DNA of 29,429 bases, taken from Octopus sinensis (Eukaryota). The stretch lies in assembly GCF_006345805.1 (NCBI RefSeq), contig NW_021832902.1, forward strand, positions 1 through 29,429, in the 5' to 3' direction. The notes beneath the pieces are model-generated. The model was not told where the DNA came from, ran no database searches, and worked only from the letters and a program-made list of their open reading frames with translations. Positions 1 to 10,885 of the stretch are shown here, one piece after another; within the stretch, counting starts at the first letter, position 1, and each line of letters begins with the position of its first letter. A program made the position numbers and the translations under genes.

Positions 1-249
1 TGTAGAAACACGTCGACTCTGCTCCCACATGCATGCAAGGATTGCACACACTCACTAGACTACTCAGACGCACATGCAGGCTCAGAACGATAAACAGTAC
101 ATGGGAAAAACCCCACACAACTGTCTATTGGCGCATAGTAATATATGGAATGGGACTTACCCTGGAATAAGGTTTCGATACTGTGTTTAACACGTATTTT
201 CTTAACTTTTAATTCTTTAACCTTATAGTTGACTATATATATATATATA

Positions 250-406
250 GGCGTGGCTGTGTGGTAGGAAGCTTGCTTCCCAACCACATGGTTCCAGGTT
301 CAGCCCCACTGTGTGGCAACTTGGGCAAGTGTCTTCTGCTATAGCCTCGGGCCAGCCAAACTTTGTGAGTGGATTTAGTAGACGGACACTGAAAGAAGCT
401 CGTCGT
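250..406 (+). mobile_element. SINE family S1 (tRNA head + CORE-like domain), 3' part missing
   Basis: A-box TGGCTGTGTGG, B-box-like GGTTCAGCCCC, CORE-like CTTGGGCAAGTGTCTT; aligns by eye to the fuller copy at 9291-9742; ends in (TA)n. Confidence 0.85.
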
Positions 407-537
407 ATATATATATATATGATGGACTCTCCCGTCGGTTTCGACGTATGAAGATCATATATATATATATATATATATATTAAAAAATAGTAAAGAAATA
501 TATATATATATAATATAATATATATATATATATTATA

Positions 538-637
538 TTGTTTGTTCCTTCACGAGCCATGCCTGGCTCATTAGGGCCAGTTTCCCGGTTTCCTTGGCGT
601 ATAGGTTCCCCACCTGGACAGGACGCCGGTCCGTCGC
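538..637 (-). mobile_element. 3' fragment of SINE family S5
   Basis: Reverse complement GCGACGGACCGGCGTCCTGTCCAGG...TACGCCAAGGAAACCGGGAAA resembles 23149-23205 (GGGACGGACCGGTGTCCCG...TACGCCACTGAAACTGGGAAAG). Confidence 0.6.
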
Positions 638-640
638 TAT

Positions 641-1795
641 CTTTTCGTGGAAGAAGGTTTATATTCCTATAACCTGTGTTAATTCTGTAACCCTTTAAAA
701 TGGAAGACATTTTCGGCACTTGATTCTTTTCTTTTTCCGTAAAGGAAAAAATGCCTCACAAGCAACCAAAGAAATAAGCGCAGTTTACGGTGATGTTTCT
801 TTATCCGAAAGAACTGTACGGAAGTGGTTCGCAAGGTTTCTAGTTGGAGATTGTAGCCTTATTGATAAAGAGCGATCAGGCAGACCATCCACAATAGATG
901 ATGACCAAATCAAGTCATTAATTGAAAATAACCCACATTGCACAACATGAGAATTGGCAGAAAGCCCCAACCTATCAAAATCCGTCGTTCATGAGCACCT
1001 GGTAAAGCTTGGATACACAAATCGCTACGATGTTTGGATACCACATGAGTTGAGTGAGAAGAACCTTTTGGATCGCATTTCCATCTGTGATTCGCTTTAT
1101 AAACGGAATGAAAACGCGCCTTTTTTAAAGCAAATTGTGACAGGTGATGGGAAATGGATTATCTACTGAAATGTTCAGAGAAATCAATCCTGGAGTAAGC
1201 GACATGAACCACCCTTAGCCACCCCGAAAGCGGGCCTTCACCCTAAAAAATCTTGCTTTGTGTCTGGTGGGATTGGAAAAAAATTCTGTACTATGAGCTT
1301 CTCCCAAGTAACCAGACAATTAATTCTGAGAAATACTGCACACAACTAGACGAGTTAAAAGCAGCAATTCAAGAGAAACGTCCAGAATTGGCCAACAGGA
1401 AGGTTGTTATTTTCCAACATGATAATGCAAGATCGCACGTTTCTTTGGGAATCAGACAAAAATTGCTGCAGCTCGGTTTGGATGTGTTACCCCACCCTCC
1501 ATATTCCCCAGATATTGCTCCTTCGGATTTCCACTTATTCAGGTCTCTGAAGAATAAGCCTTAATGGTAAAAATTTCAATTCTTTGGATGACGTAAAAAG
1601 GTACCTTGATGAATTCTTTGCCATGAAACCACCTCAATTCTGGGAAGAGGGTATTTTCAAGTTAAAGGAAAGATGGAGACGCATTGTGCAACAAAATGGT
1701 TCCTATTTGGTTGATTAAAAATGTAATGGCAAGTATTTATTGACCATTTTTTTTTTCCTTTAAAAATCGGCACGAACTTTCCGGACAACCCAATA
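641..1795 (+). mobile_element. Mariner (Tc1/mariner, DD34D) transposon relic; right TIR present, left TIR not found
   Basis: Contains the transposase pseudogene; right end AAAATCGGCACGAACTTTCCGGACAACCCAA (about 1763-1793) followed by TA; no reverse-complement copy upstream. Left boundary approximate. Confidence 0.9.
700..1718 (+). pseudogene. Mariner transposase pseudogene
   Basis: Joined frames give HFRHLILFFFRKGKNASQA...WFARF...RSGRP...WIPHEL...IVTGDGKWIIY...HDNARSH...HPPYSPDIAPSDFHLF...ERWRRIVQQNGSYLVD*. 34 residues lie between the 2nd and 3rd catalytic D. In-frame stops at 948-950 and 1167-1169; frameshifts near 705, 1250 and 1556. Confidence 0.95.
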
Positions 1796-1858
1796 TAATA
1801 CCGGGTCCTTGAAATCATTCTCACTGAGGTCATCGTCACTAATCATTAACATCTGTAG

Positions 1859-2108
1859 CAGTATTTCTGAACCATCTTTTACCTCAGGATCCCTTTAATT
1901 TCTGTTTTACTCTGGTGGACCCTACTAGCCATTCGGCGTTTAAAAAGTCATATATTTTTATAATTGAATATTATTAGGAATTGTATAAAAGAATGAAAAT
2001 AGTTTGCGTATTGCAGACCTACAACCTATTTATTGCAGATAGATGTTAACAAAATCTTATATGACCCCTCACCCCAAGGGCCATATGGACCCCGGTTGAG
2101 AACCACTG
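1859..2108. mobile_element. hAT (Charlie-like) MITE, 250 bp
   Basis: Ends CAGTATTTCTGAACC / GGTTGAGAACCACTG; perfect 8-bp TSD ATCTGTAG at 1851-1858 and 2109-2116; related copy at 14660-15661. Confidence 0.88.
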
Positions 2109-2167
2109 ATCTGTAGGCTGGACGGTTCACCGAAACGCTTGCCCCTCTAGTAGAGACTTCGGAGCTC

Positions 2168-2304
2168 GACTTTGCCTTTCATCCTTTCGGGATCGATGAA
2201 TTAAGTACCAGTTACGCACTGGGGTCGATTTAATCGACTTGATCCCTTCGTTTGTCCTTGTTTATCCCCTCTATATTTAGCCCCTTGTGGGCAATAAAGA
2301 AATA
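2168..2304 (+). mobile_element. 5'-truncated SINE S2 (tail type a) with 16-bp TSD
   Basis: GACTTTGCCTTTCATCCTTTCGGG...GCCCCTTGTGGGCAATAAAGAAATA, flanked by AGAGACTTCGGAGCTC at 2152-2167 and 2305-2320. Confidence 0.9.
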
Positions 2305-3004
2305 AGAGACTTCGGAGCTCCTGCCAGTCCAAATACCAAATGTTGCTCCTGGTATTTGCTTGGTCTAATGTGCAGATCAAAAGAAAAAAAAATGAGGTTC
2401 GTAAGATTATGTCCGCTAAGCGATCCTTGTGACGGTAACCATTCCGCGACCAGCAATCGCTGCAGCATCATGTTTACATAACATATCGAAATAGCGCAGG
2501 GAGAATCTTGACAGTAGGTGGACTTCCTCAAAGCAATACAAGTATTCCACAAGAAACGAGAGGGCATTCATTCCCAATTGTTTATATGTTCCCTTGGGTA
2601 AGACATGAAGGTTAAACTGGAATGCGTAGTAGATTCTATGTAGATTCTTCTGAAATAGTTTTCTCCACTCAGTCCATTTCTGCGCGAGATTGAGCACCGT
2701 TTCGGGGTTAATTATTCATGAAAGCTGAAAAGCAGGAGTTGAGATTCTTGTAAACTCCAGTCCACTGTTATTCGTAATCCTGTTTGCAATTTATTTTATT
2801 GAGCCGAAGAATACAGTCCAGTGAAGAGAGCACACAGCATGACTGACAGCGCAGGAACTTGGCGTGGTTTAAAATCATAACATAATGGCACAGAGCTAAT
2901 TTAAGCCCGACGCTCTGTTATAGCAGTCACAGGTCTGCTCTTTCAATACTGACATAACCTCAGAATTAATTAGTTGTGGAGGTTTTATAAAGGTTAGAAT
3001 TGCT

Positions 3005-3125
3005 GAATCAATCCTTGTGTATTGCGAAAATGATGAAAGGCGAAGTCGATCCTTATAGGATTTGAACTTGGGAAATGGAAGGATGAAACTAAATTACACA
3101 AGGAATTTAGTCCTCTGCTCTGCGT
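3005..3125 (-). mobile_element. Degenerate SINE S2 fragment
   Basis: GATGAAAGGCGAAGTCGATCC...GATTTGAACTT matches the S2 central domain and B-box on the minus strand. Confidence 0.45.
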
Positions 3126-3251
3126 TTTTACCACCCAGAAACACAATGACAATAATAAAAGCCGTTAATATAATCATATTTATTTAACTAGCAATAAAAT
3201 TTCAATAAACTCTACATCCTGTACAGAATTATTAATATACTTTATCAGTTT

Positions 3252-3671
3252 AAGGCGGTGAGCTGGCAAAATCGTAGCTACGACGGACAAGATGCTTTGC
3301 GGCGTTTCGATAACCTTTACGTTCAAATTCAGCCAATGTCGATTTTGCCTATCATCCTTTCGGGGTCATCGGCTTACCCTCCTCCGAAATTGCTGGCCGT
3401 GTACCAAAATTTTACACCATTTTTTTTTTTTTTTTTTTTTAATCAGTTGTAAGGCAACGTGTTGGCAGAACCGTTAGCACGCCGGACAAAATACTTAACG
3501 ACATTTTGTCCGTCTTTACGTTCTGAGTTCAAATTCCGCAAATGTCCACTTTGCCTTTTATCCTTCCGGGGTCTATAAAAGAACTATCGTTTGAACATTG
3601 GGGTCGATGTAATCGACTTAACACCCCTTTCTCGAAATTTCTGTCGTTCAGCCAAAATTTGAAACCAATAT
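3252..3671 (+). mobile_element. Two tandem SINE S2 copies (tail type b)
   Basis: Heads AAGGCGGTGAGCTGGCA (3252) and AAGGCAACGTGTTGGCAG (3451); B-box GTTCAAATTC; tails ending ...CCAAAATTT(GAAACCAATA). Confidence 0.8.
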
Positions 3672-5060
3672 TTTTTCATCAGTTTCAAACATTTTTGTCT
3701 CTATTTAAACAAATGGATTACAAACTACAATGGAATATATTCAAGCTAATCATTTACACATTGAATGAATGTCTCACCACGACGTTGAGATCTTAATGCC
3801 ATCGGACTGTTTGGTCGTGATAGAAAATAAAACTAAATGTACAATTTATGTTAATCAGAGAAAGAATTTGAATGAATAATTCTGGCAGCTGAAAACTTCT
3901 CCACTTCATGCTGACAATAATTGCTTGATTGCGATCGTTCAGGAAACTTGAGTTCCTATAGAACTCTGGAAATTCCCTCACAAAGATCTTTAATTTTATA
4001 TCATAATGTTTTGTTTTCTATTAAGAATAGATTCTTTTGAAACCTAGTGAACAGTTTAAAAATGTAATTACGTTGGAACCCCACATTTCATCTCTATTGA
4101 AAGAGGTCGGTAATTATTGATTAGGATCTATCGAACTTTTTTTCTCTTAATTTATAATCTCCCTCATTGTGATTCATATGTGTGCCTGTATTTGTATGAG
4201 AGAGAGAATCTTTGTGTGGGCGTGCGTGTATTTGTAAAGAGAGAGCAGAAAGGCAAGTATATATTTGTCGTTTTGATATCGATTTCATTGAGTTATGAAT
4301 ATTGTGGGTCAGGGGAGAACTTTGACTGATAAATGCCTTTTATCAAGGACCAAGTCTCTGGTCAACTGAGACATTAATATGATTTCAATCGCTATTTCAG
4401 CAATTTCCCTACATTCAAACCTAAACCGCCTCTGCCAGAAGACTTAACATCGATAGAGTGTGTGGTCCTATTTAAAAAGTAAAGTCACAGCATAGGAATC
4501 AAGCGCGTCTGATTGAATATATTCCAGACTTGTTTCATTACTTCCTAAGATTTGCCATCAAACTGTGCCAGGATCGACTTCATTATTCATCCTTCTAAAA
4601 TCGCTAAATATGTACCAGTAATATACTGCGATGAGAGTTTCTGCTGATTCGTTTGTGTATAGACATGAACTTCACAAAATTCTCGTTACCTCCCTCCACC
4701 CGAAACTTACTCCACCGTCTTGTTTTGACTGTCGTAGACTATGGCATTTAGTACTGTAGCATGTTGCGCTTAGTTACAGTTGTACTCAGTCGCAAATATT
4801 CGAGTATTTAGGTACTCAGTCACAACTCGGAGTGCAGGTGGCTGGAGAGTTTTCCAGATTTCCTTTTATGCCCAGTGTTTTAATTATGGATACCAGGCGC
4901 TGGCTTGGCTCTGTAGTCAGAATCTTGCTTCCCAACCACATGCTTCCGGGTTCAGTCACGTGCGAGGCACCTTGGGCAAGTGTGATCTACCATAGTCTCG
5001 TGCCCATCAATTTCTTGCGAGTGGGTTTGGGAGACTGAGACTAAAAGAAGACCGTCATGT

Positions 5061-5092
<32 letters not shown>

Positions 5093-5146
5093 TACATACA
5101 TACACCACGCACATAACACACACACACGCACACACACACATATATA

Positions 5147-5313
5147 GGGAAATTTACAAGAAAACAAAAGACGAAGACAGATGTATGAACGACAAGCAAG
5201 CTTGACACTCGGGAAAGTGAGAAAATCTTTTACGTTTCAAGCCTAAGCTCTTCATCAGAAAGAAATAAGAGAAAATAAACAGAGAGAATTTTTAAAAATG
5301 GTGGATTTAGCGG
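5147..5313 (-). mobile_element. Hammerhead-containing repeat module (Penelope-like pLTR/retrozyme-type)
   Basis: Reverse complement aligns to 20302-20470; contains the hammerhead motif at 5227-5262; bounded by TA and GT microsatellite. Confidence 0.7.
5227..5262 (-). ncRNA. Minimal type I hammerhead ribozyme motif
   Basis: Minus strand reads CUUU-CUGAUGA-A-GAGC(UUAG)GCUU-GAAAC-GUA-AAAG: core CUGAUGA and GAAA, 4-bp stem II, stem I CUUU/AAAG, palindromic ACGU stem III, GUA triplet. Confidence 0.7.
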
Positions 5314-6189
5314 TGTGTGTCTTTGTGTGTGTGTTTGTCCCCCACCACCGCTTGACACCGGAGTTGATGTGTTTACGTCAACGTAACTTGACGGTTTCGG
5401 CAAAGAGACCGATAAAATAAGTAGCAGGTTTCAAAAAATAAGTAGTAGGATCTATTCCCATTCGACTAGAAATTTTTCAAGGCGATGTCCCAGTATGGCC
5501 GCAGTCTAATGATTGAGGCAAATAAAAGATAAAAGATAGTCATAGCTTTCAGCAAATATCCCTCCTCTGTCAAAAGTTCCATCTGTCAAAAGCGGGGTGA
5601 CTGCGCCAAGTAGTTGATGCGTATGAATACAAACTTGTTACCTCCTCAAATATGCTTTGAGACATATTCGACCCCGATAAGGGAGATACCGTCTCTCGTT
5701 TCAGCTCACAGCAGCGCCTTTTCCGATTTCTGCGGCTTGAAGTAAAGCTAACCACTCCTAAATGCATGCATCCCACAGTCTGGTCAGATGATACCACGAG
5801 CTGATTTGGTGTATTTACTCCATAACAAAACACAGTGAATGGCTTTCTGAGGTATTCGAACTGGCAACAAGTTTGTAATTACTTTAATGAATGTTTTTAT
5901 TACGTTAGTTCAACTAGTGTGTTGCTAGGGTATAAAGCTTGTTATTCAACTTTGAACACAATACGACCGCCAAGTATTGTGCGAGTGATTACTCTTGATC
6001 AGTTCTTGCACTTTTAAAGTATTGTTTGTACTTTTGAAAATTAAACAGTGATTTCCGGTCGTTAATGGAAACAGCTTTCTCTCTCCACCTTTAGTCCTAT
6101 ACACTTAACAATATTAAAACATTCTCTCCTATACAAGCTATTTTTAGATACAGCCTGTACATTTATCCACTTCCCCACTTGCTTGCATC

Positions 6190-6233
6190 TGTGTGTGTGT
6201 GTGTGTGTGTTGTGTGTGTGTGTAAGTGTGTGT
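6190..6233. repeat. (GT)n microsatellite
   Basis: Seen directly. Confidence 0.95.
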
Positions 6234-6484
6234 TTTGTGGCTGCAACAACGAGGAGAATTTGGGACAAATTTGTTGGCCATATTTAATTAATTCTTTTGA
6301 CGTTTTGACTTCAAATTCGATCATCTACTTCGCTATTTGTCCTCCAGAATCGATAAAATAAGTACAAGAGAAAAAAAAAACTGGATCGATTACTAACACC
6401 AACCAAAACACGAGACTTTCTAACTGTGTTAGTAAACATTATTTGTCCTGTATATATAGATCCACATTATTTGTTGAGTGATCT

Positions 6485-6486
<2 letters not shown>

Positions 6487-6525
<39 letters not shown>
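6487..6525. repeat. (CA)n microsatellite
   Basis: Seen directly. Confidence 0.95.
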
Positions 6526-6527
<2 letters not shown>

Positions 6528-7023
6528 TTCTATATATAGAAAGTGACCATTTCATATGTTTTCATAATTTCATTAAGATAGAATAATATTGACAGAAATC
6601 GTATTCAATTCCGCTGTGTTCTTTGTTCAGTTTGGCAGTTACTATTTATTTATTTTTTTGCATTTACGTAATCGATAAAATAAGCGATCGACATAAACTT
6701 GAGCAATTTATTCGATTATCCTCTGCTAGCAATCTTTATTTTCTGAGATTTTGGCATTGTTAGAAACGCTAAAAAGTTGGACAAAAACGCTTTGTCGTGT
6801 TTAGCCTATGTGCCTCTGCACATATCTGGGGGTTTAAACACCGCAGGAGTCAAATTAACTTTTCATTATGAAGGGGGCGGGGTCTAAAATAAGCACAATG
6901 AGTGTTTTATAACCGATTCAGTCAACTCTATTTTTTTCCTCGAGAAATATATGTCTAATCCTTATCAAATATATGCCAACCTTTATAAATATTTTGCCTG
7001 TTACCATTCTTAAAATATTCTGT

Positions 7024-8010
7024 TCTACACTAGGCACAAGGCCAGGAATTTATGGGGAGGGGGCCAGTCGGTTAGATCAACTCTAGTACGCAACTGGTAC
7101 TTAATTTATCAACCCCGAAAGGATGAAAAGCAAAGTCGACCTCGGCGGAATTTGAACTTACTTTCTTTACTACCCACAAGGGGCTAAACACAAAGGACAA
7201 ACAAGGACAGACAAACGGATTAAGTCGATTACATCGACCCCAGTGCGTAACTGGTACTTATTTAATCGACCCGATAGGATGAAAGGCAAAGTCGACCTCG
7301 GGAGAATTTGAACTCAGAACGTAACGACAGACGAAATACCTATTTCTTTACTACCCACAAGGGACTAAACACAGAGAGGACAAACAAGGACAGACAAACG
7401 GATTAAGTCGATTATATCAACTCCGGTGCGTAACTGGTACTTATTTAATCGACCCCGAAAGGATGAAAGGCAAAGTCGACCTCGGCGGAATTTGAACACA
7501 GAACGTAACGACAGACGAGATACCGCTAGGCATTTCGCCCGGCGTGCTAACGTTTCTGACAGCTACCTACTCAACGATTCTTATAATATTGATTTCAAAT
7601 TTTGGCACAAGGCCAGCAACTTCAGAAGAGGGGCTAATTCGATTACATCGATCCCCAGTGCTCGACTGGTACATATTTTATCGGCTCCGAAAGAGATGAA
7701 TGAAAGGTAAAGTCGACCTCGGCGGAATTTGAACTCAGAACGTAAGGACAAACGAAATGTTGCTAAGCATTTTGTCCGGGTCGCCGCCCTACTTTTCTCG
7801 TAAAATTGGTTTCAGATTTTGGCTCAAGGATTGCAACTTTGGGGAGAGGGGTTAGGTCAGTTGCATCGTTCCCAGTGCTCAAATGGTACTTATTTTATCA
7901 TCCGAAAGGGATGAAAAGCAAAATCGTCCTCGGCCGAAGAACGTAAAAACAGACGAAATGCCACTAACCGTCAGCCCAGCGAGCTAACCATTCTGCCAGC
8001 TCGTTGTCTT
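7024..8010 (-). mobile_element. Head-to-tail cluster of five SINE S2 copies
   Basis: Units at about 7024-7158, 7159-7340, 7341-7565, 7588-7790 and 7804-8010, each with (C)GAAAGG(G)ATGAAA(G/A)G(C/T)AAA-type central domain (4th copy more diverged); tail types a and b both present. Confidence 0.9.
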
Positions 8011-8046
8011 ATTTCTTTCCTTATACTACTGATATCATTTTTTTTT

Positions 8047-8450
8047 TTACTTGTTTCAGTCATTTGACTGCGGCCATGCTGGAGCACCGCCTTTAATCGA
8101 GCAACTCGACCCCGGGACTTATTCTTTTGTAAGCCCAGTACTTATTCTATCGGTCTCTTTTGCCGAACCGCTAAGTAACGGGGACATAAACACACCAGCA
8201 TCGGTTGTCAAGCAATGCTAGGGGACAAACACAGACACACTAACACACACACGCATATATATATATATATATATATAATATATATATATATATATAATAC
8301 ATATATCCGTCTACCAAATTTACTCACAAGGCTTTGGTCGGTCCAGGCTATAGTAGAAGACACTTTCCCAAGGTGCCACGCAGTGGGACTGAACCCAGAA
8401 CCATGTGGTTGGTAGACAAGCTACTTACCACACAGCCACTCCTGCGCATA
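8047..8450 (-). mobile_element. SINE S1, full length
   Basis: Reverse complement of the 9291-9742 copy: ACTTGTTTCAGTCATTTGACTGCGGCC ... CTTACCACACAGCCACTCCT. Confidence 0.92.
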
Positions 8451-8712
8451 TTGACACAACCCCAAATCGGTCGGATCAACCTGTACATATTTTGTCCGGT
8501 TCAAGAATAATTGATTGCCGTGTGATTTAGACTCGTATTTTAAACAGACAGAATTATGTAAAGACTCAGCTATATTTAGTTTACAATCTTTATTCTATCA
8601 CGCTACCACCTTCTCTCTTTATTAGTTTACACGATTCCCACGAAGTCACACATCATCAAACTGAACGTCGATTGATAACAACATTTTCCACCTTAGCAGA
8701 GGCGTAAATAAT

Positions 8713-9103
8713 GGTGGAAGCACTCTGTCGGTTACGACGATGAGGGTTCCGGTTGATCCGAATCAACGGAACAGCCTGCTCGTGAAATTAACGTGTAAGT
8801 GGCTGAGCACTCCACAGACACGTGCACCCTTAACGTAGTTCTCGGGGATATTCAGCGTGACACAGAGAGTGACAAGGCCGGCCCCTTGAAATACAGGTAC
8901 AACAGAAACAGGAAGTAAGAGTGAGAGAAAGTTGTGGTGAAAGAGTACAGCAGGGATCACCACCATCCCCTGCCGGAGCCTTGTGGAGCTTTTTTAGGTG
9001 TTTTCGCTCAATAAACACTCACAATGCCCGGTCTGGGAATCGAAACCGCGATCCTATGACCGCGAGTCCGCTGCCCTAACCACTGGGCCATTGCGCCTCC
9101 ACT
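8713..9103 (-). mobile_element. SINE S3, full length, 9-bp TSD
   Basis: Head (minus) GGAGGCGCAATGGCCCAGTGGTTAGGG...GGTTTCGATTCCC; TSD GTAAATAAT at 8704-8712 and 9104-9112; matches 25558-25941. Confidence 0.92.
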
Positions 9104-9290
9104 GTAAATAATAGAGTCACTTGAAGCGACATTACTGTGGCTGATTGTATTGACCCAGGGAAGATTAAAAGCAAATACAATACCGATGAAAGTGAACTCA
9201 TACCGAAAAATGACGAACAATATGGCACGTTGCCATGTTTACCGTTCTCAGTTTTCCTCCCAAAATAAATGAATTTTTTAAAACTATATA

Positions 9291-9742
9291 GGCGTAGGAG
9301 TGGCTGTGTGGTAAGTAGCTTGCTTACCAACCACATGGTTCTGGGTTCAGTCCCACTGCGTGGCACCTTGGGCAAGTGTCTTTCTTCTACTATAGCCTCG
9401 GGCCGACCAAAGCCTTGTGAGTGGATTTGGTAGATGGAAACATATATATATATGTGTGAGTGTGTTATGTGTGTATGTATGCATGTATGTATATATATAT
9501 ATGAATATATATGTATGTGTGCATATATGTTTCTGTATCTGCTTTCCCCCCCCCCAGCATCTTTTGACAACCGATGCTGGTGTGTTTCCTTCCCCGTTAC
9601 TTATCTGCTCGGCAAAATAGACCGATAGAATAAGTACTAGGCTTACTAAGAATAAGTTCTGGGTTCGATTCGCTCGACAAAAGAGGGTGCTCCAGCATGG
9701 CTGCAGTCAAATGACTGAAACAAGTAAAATAGTAAAAGAGTA
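9291..9742 (+). mobile_element. SINE S1, full length
   Basis: GGCGTAGGAGTGGCTGTGTGG...GGTTCAGTCCC...CCTTGGGCAAGTGTCTT, internal (TA/TG)n, tail ...GCAGTCAAATGACTGAAACAAGTAAAATAGTAAAAGAGTA. Confidence 0.92.
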
Positions 9743-10541
9743 ACTTGTTTATTTTGTTCTCATTGTATTTTCCTGTTTCTGCAGTTAGGTGTCGCTGTTG
9801 CTATATGTTGTTGTTGTTGTTGCTGTGTGGTCCCCAAGTCATTCTAATAATCGTTATTGTATTTTGCTGCAGAATTTCTCATTCAACAAAATTTCGATTC
9901 ACTTCTGATTGAGTGAACCTCCATAAATTTTAAACTAATAATTTCCGAATGATTGCCTTCTACGCCCTCTTACTCGTCAACAATGTTCTCGTCACATACA
10001 ACCCCAAGGGGCGAGCGGAGGCGGTAGACGTCACTGAAACAAAAACGAAAGGCAGTCGAGTAGAAACTAAGTTCCCAGCAGGCATTCAATTACCGGTTGT
10101 AAGGTAATTTACTTCACATTTAGCCGTTAGGTGGTCTTTCAAACGTTGTAGATGCTACACCACCTTCGCCTCTGTGTCGTCATTGAATTTACGAACACCG
10201 TAGCGCATTTCAGATCACTCGGCCAGGCATAGATCACGGTATGTCCATTCACCACCAAGAAGTCACACTCCAGGAAACACAAGCAACAAAATATTTCCCC
10301 TCGCCACAATGACTCTCTCCCAAAGTCTGAATGAACTTCTCTTCCTAAATCCACTTCCTCCTACCATCTTTATGAATGGCTTTCCATAGCCACAACGTAT
10401 TTCTATGAATGGTTTTAGCTTTCTTTTCTAACATCCATTCATGATTGACTTCTATCGTATTTTAAATTTCATTTTATGGATGTGCGTTTAAATGAGCTTA
10501 TGAGGCGGTATCACAACTTGCATTGTTCTTTTGTCACCTTA

Positions 10542-10545
<4 letters not shown>

Positions 10546-10603
<58 letters not shown>

Positions 10604-10630
10604 TATGTGTGTATGTGTGTGTGAGTGAGT
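10546..10630. repeat. (GT)n microsatellite
   Basis: Seen directly. Confidence 0.95.
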
Positions 10631-10699
10631 GTATTTGCTTCTATTAGCCAATGGGATTAATATATATGTAAATAGTGCGCTGAAGTTGACTTAACCTTT

Positions 10700-10885
10700 A
10701 AGGTGGCGAGCTGTCAGAATCGTTAGTAAGCCGGGCAAAATGCCTTGTGGCTTTTCGTCCGTCCTTACCAGTACAAATGTCGACTTTGTCTTTCATCCTT
10801 TCGAGGTTGAACACTGGGGTCGATGTAATCGGCTTACGCCCTCCCCCAAAATTGCTGGCCTTGTGCCTTAATTTGAAACCAATAT
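10700..10885 (+). mobile_element. SINE S2 (tail type b)
   Basis: AAGGTGGCGAGCTGTCAGAATCGTTAG...GTCGACTTTGTCTTTCATCCTTTCG...AAATTGCTGGCCTTGTGCC...TTTGAAACCAATAT. Confidence 0.82.

Larger units (their letters stand above)
4895..5537 (+). mobile_element. SINE S1, full length, with an insertion in its internal microsatellite
   Basis: Head/CORE 4895-5060; internal (TA)n(CA)n; tail CGCTTGACACCG...CAGTATGGCCGCAGTCTAATGATTGAGGCAAATAAAAGATAAAAG; foreign module at 5147-5313. Confidence 0.85.

Noticed and set aside
151-235. Minus-strand CAGG|GTAAGT donor consensus at about 157-162
   Set aside because: No polypyrimidine acceptor upstream; preceded by (TA)n and a SINE.
421-456. 36-bp island between (TA)n tracts containing GTCGAAAC on the minus strand
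   Set aside because: No CUGANGA core or stem I partner, so it cannot be called a hammerhead.
2416-2697. 93-aa minus-strand ORF in unique sequence
   Set aside because: No recognisable motif, non-ATG start and no convincing splice sites.
5570-5833. 87-aa minus-strand ORF with a possible GAG|GTAACA donor
   Set aside because: Weak acceptor and no recognisable peptide; within chance expectation.
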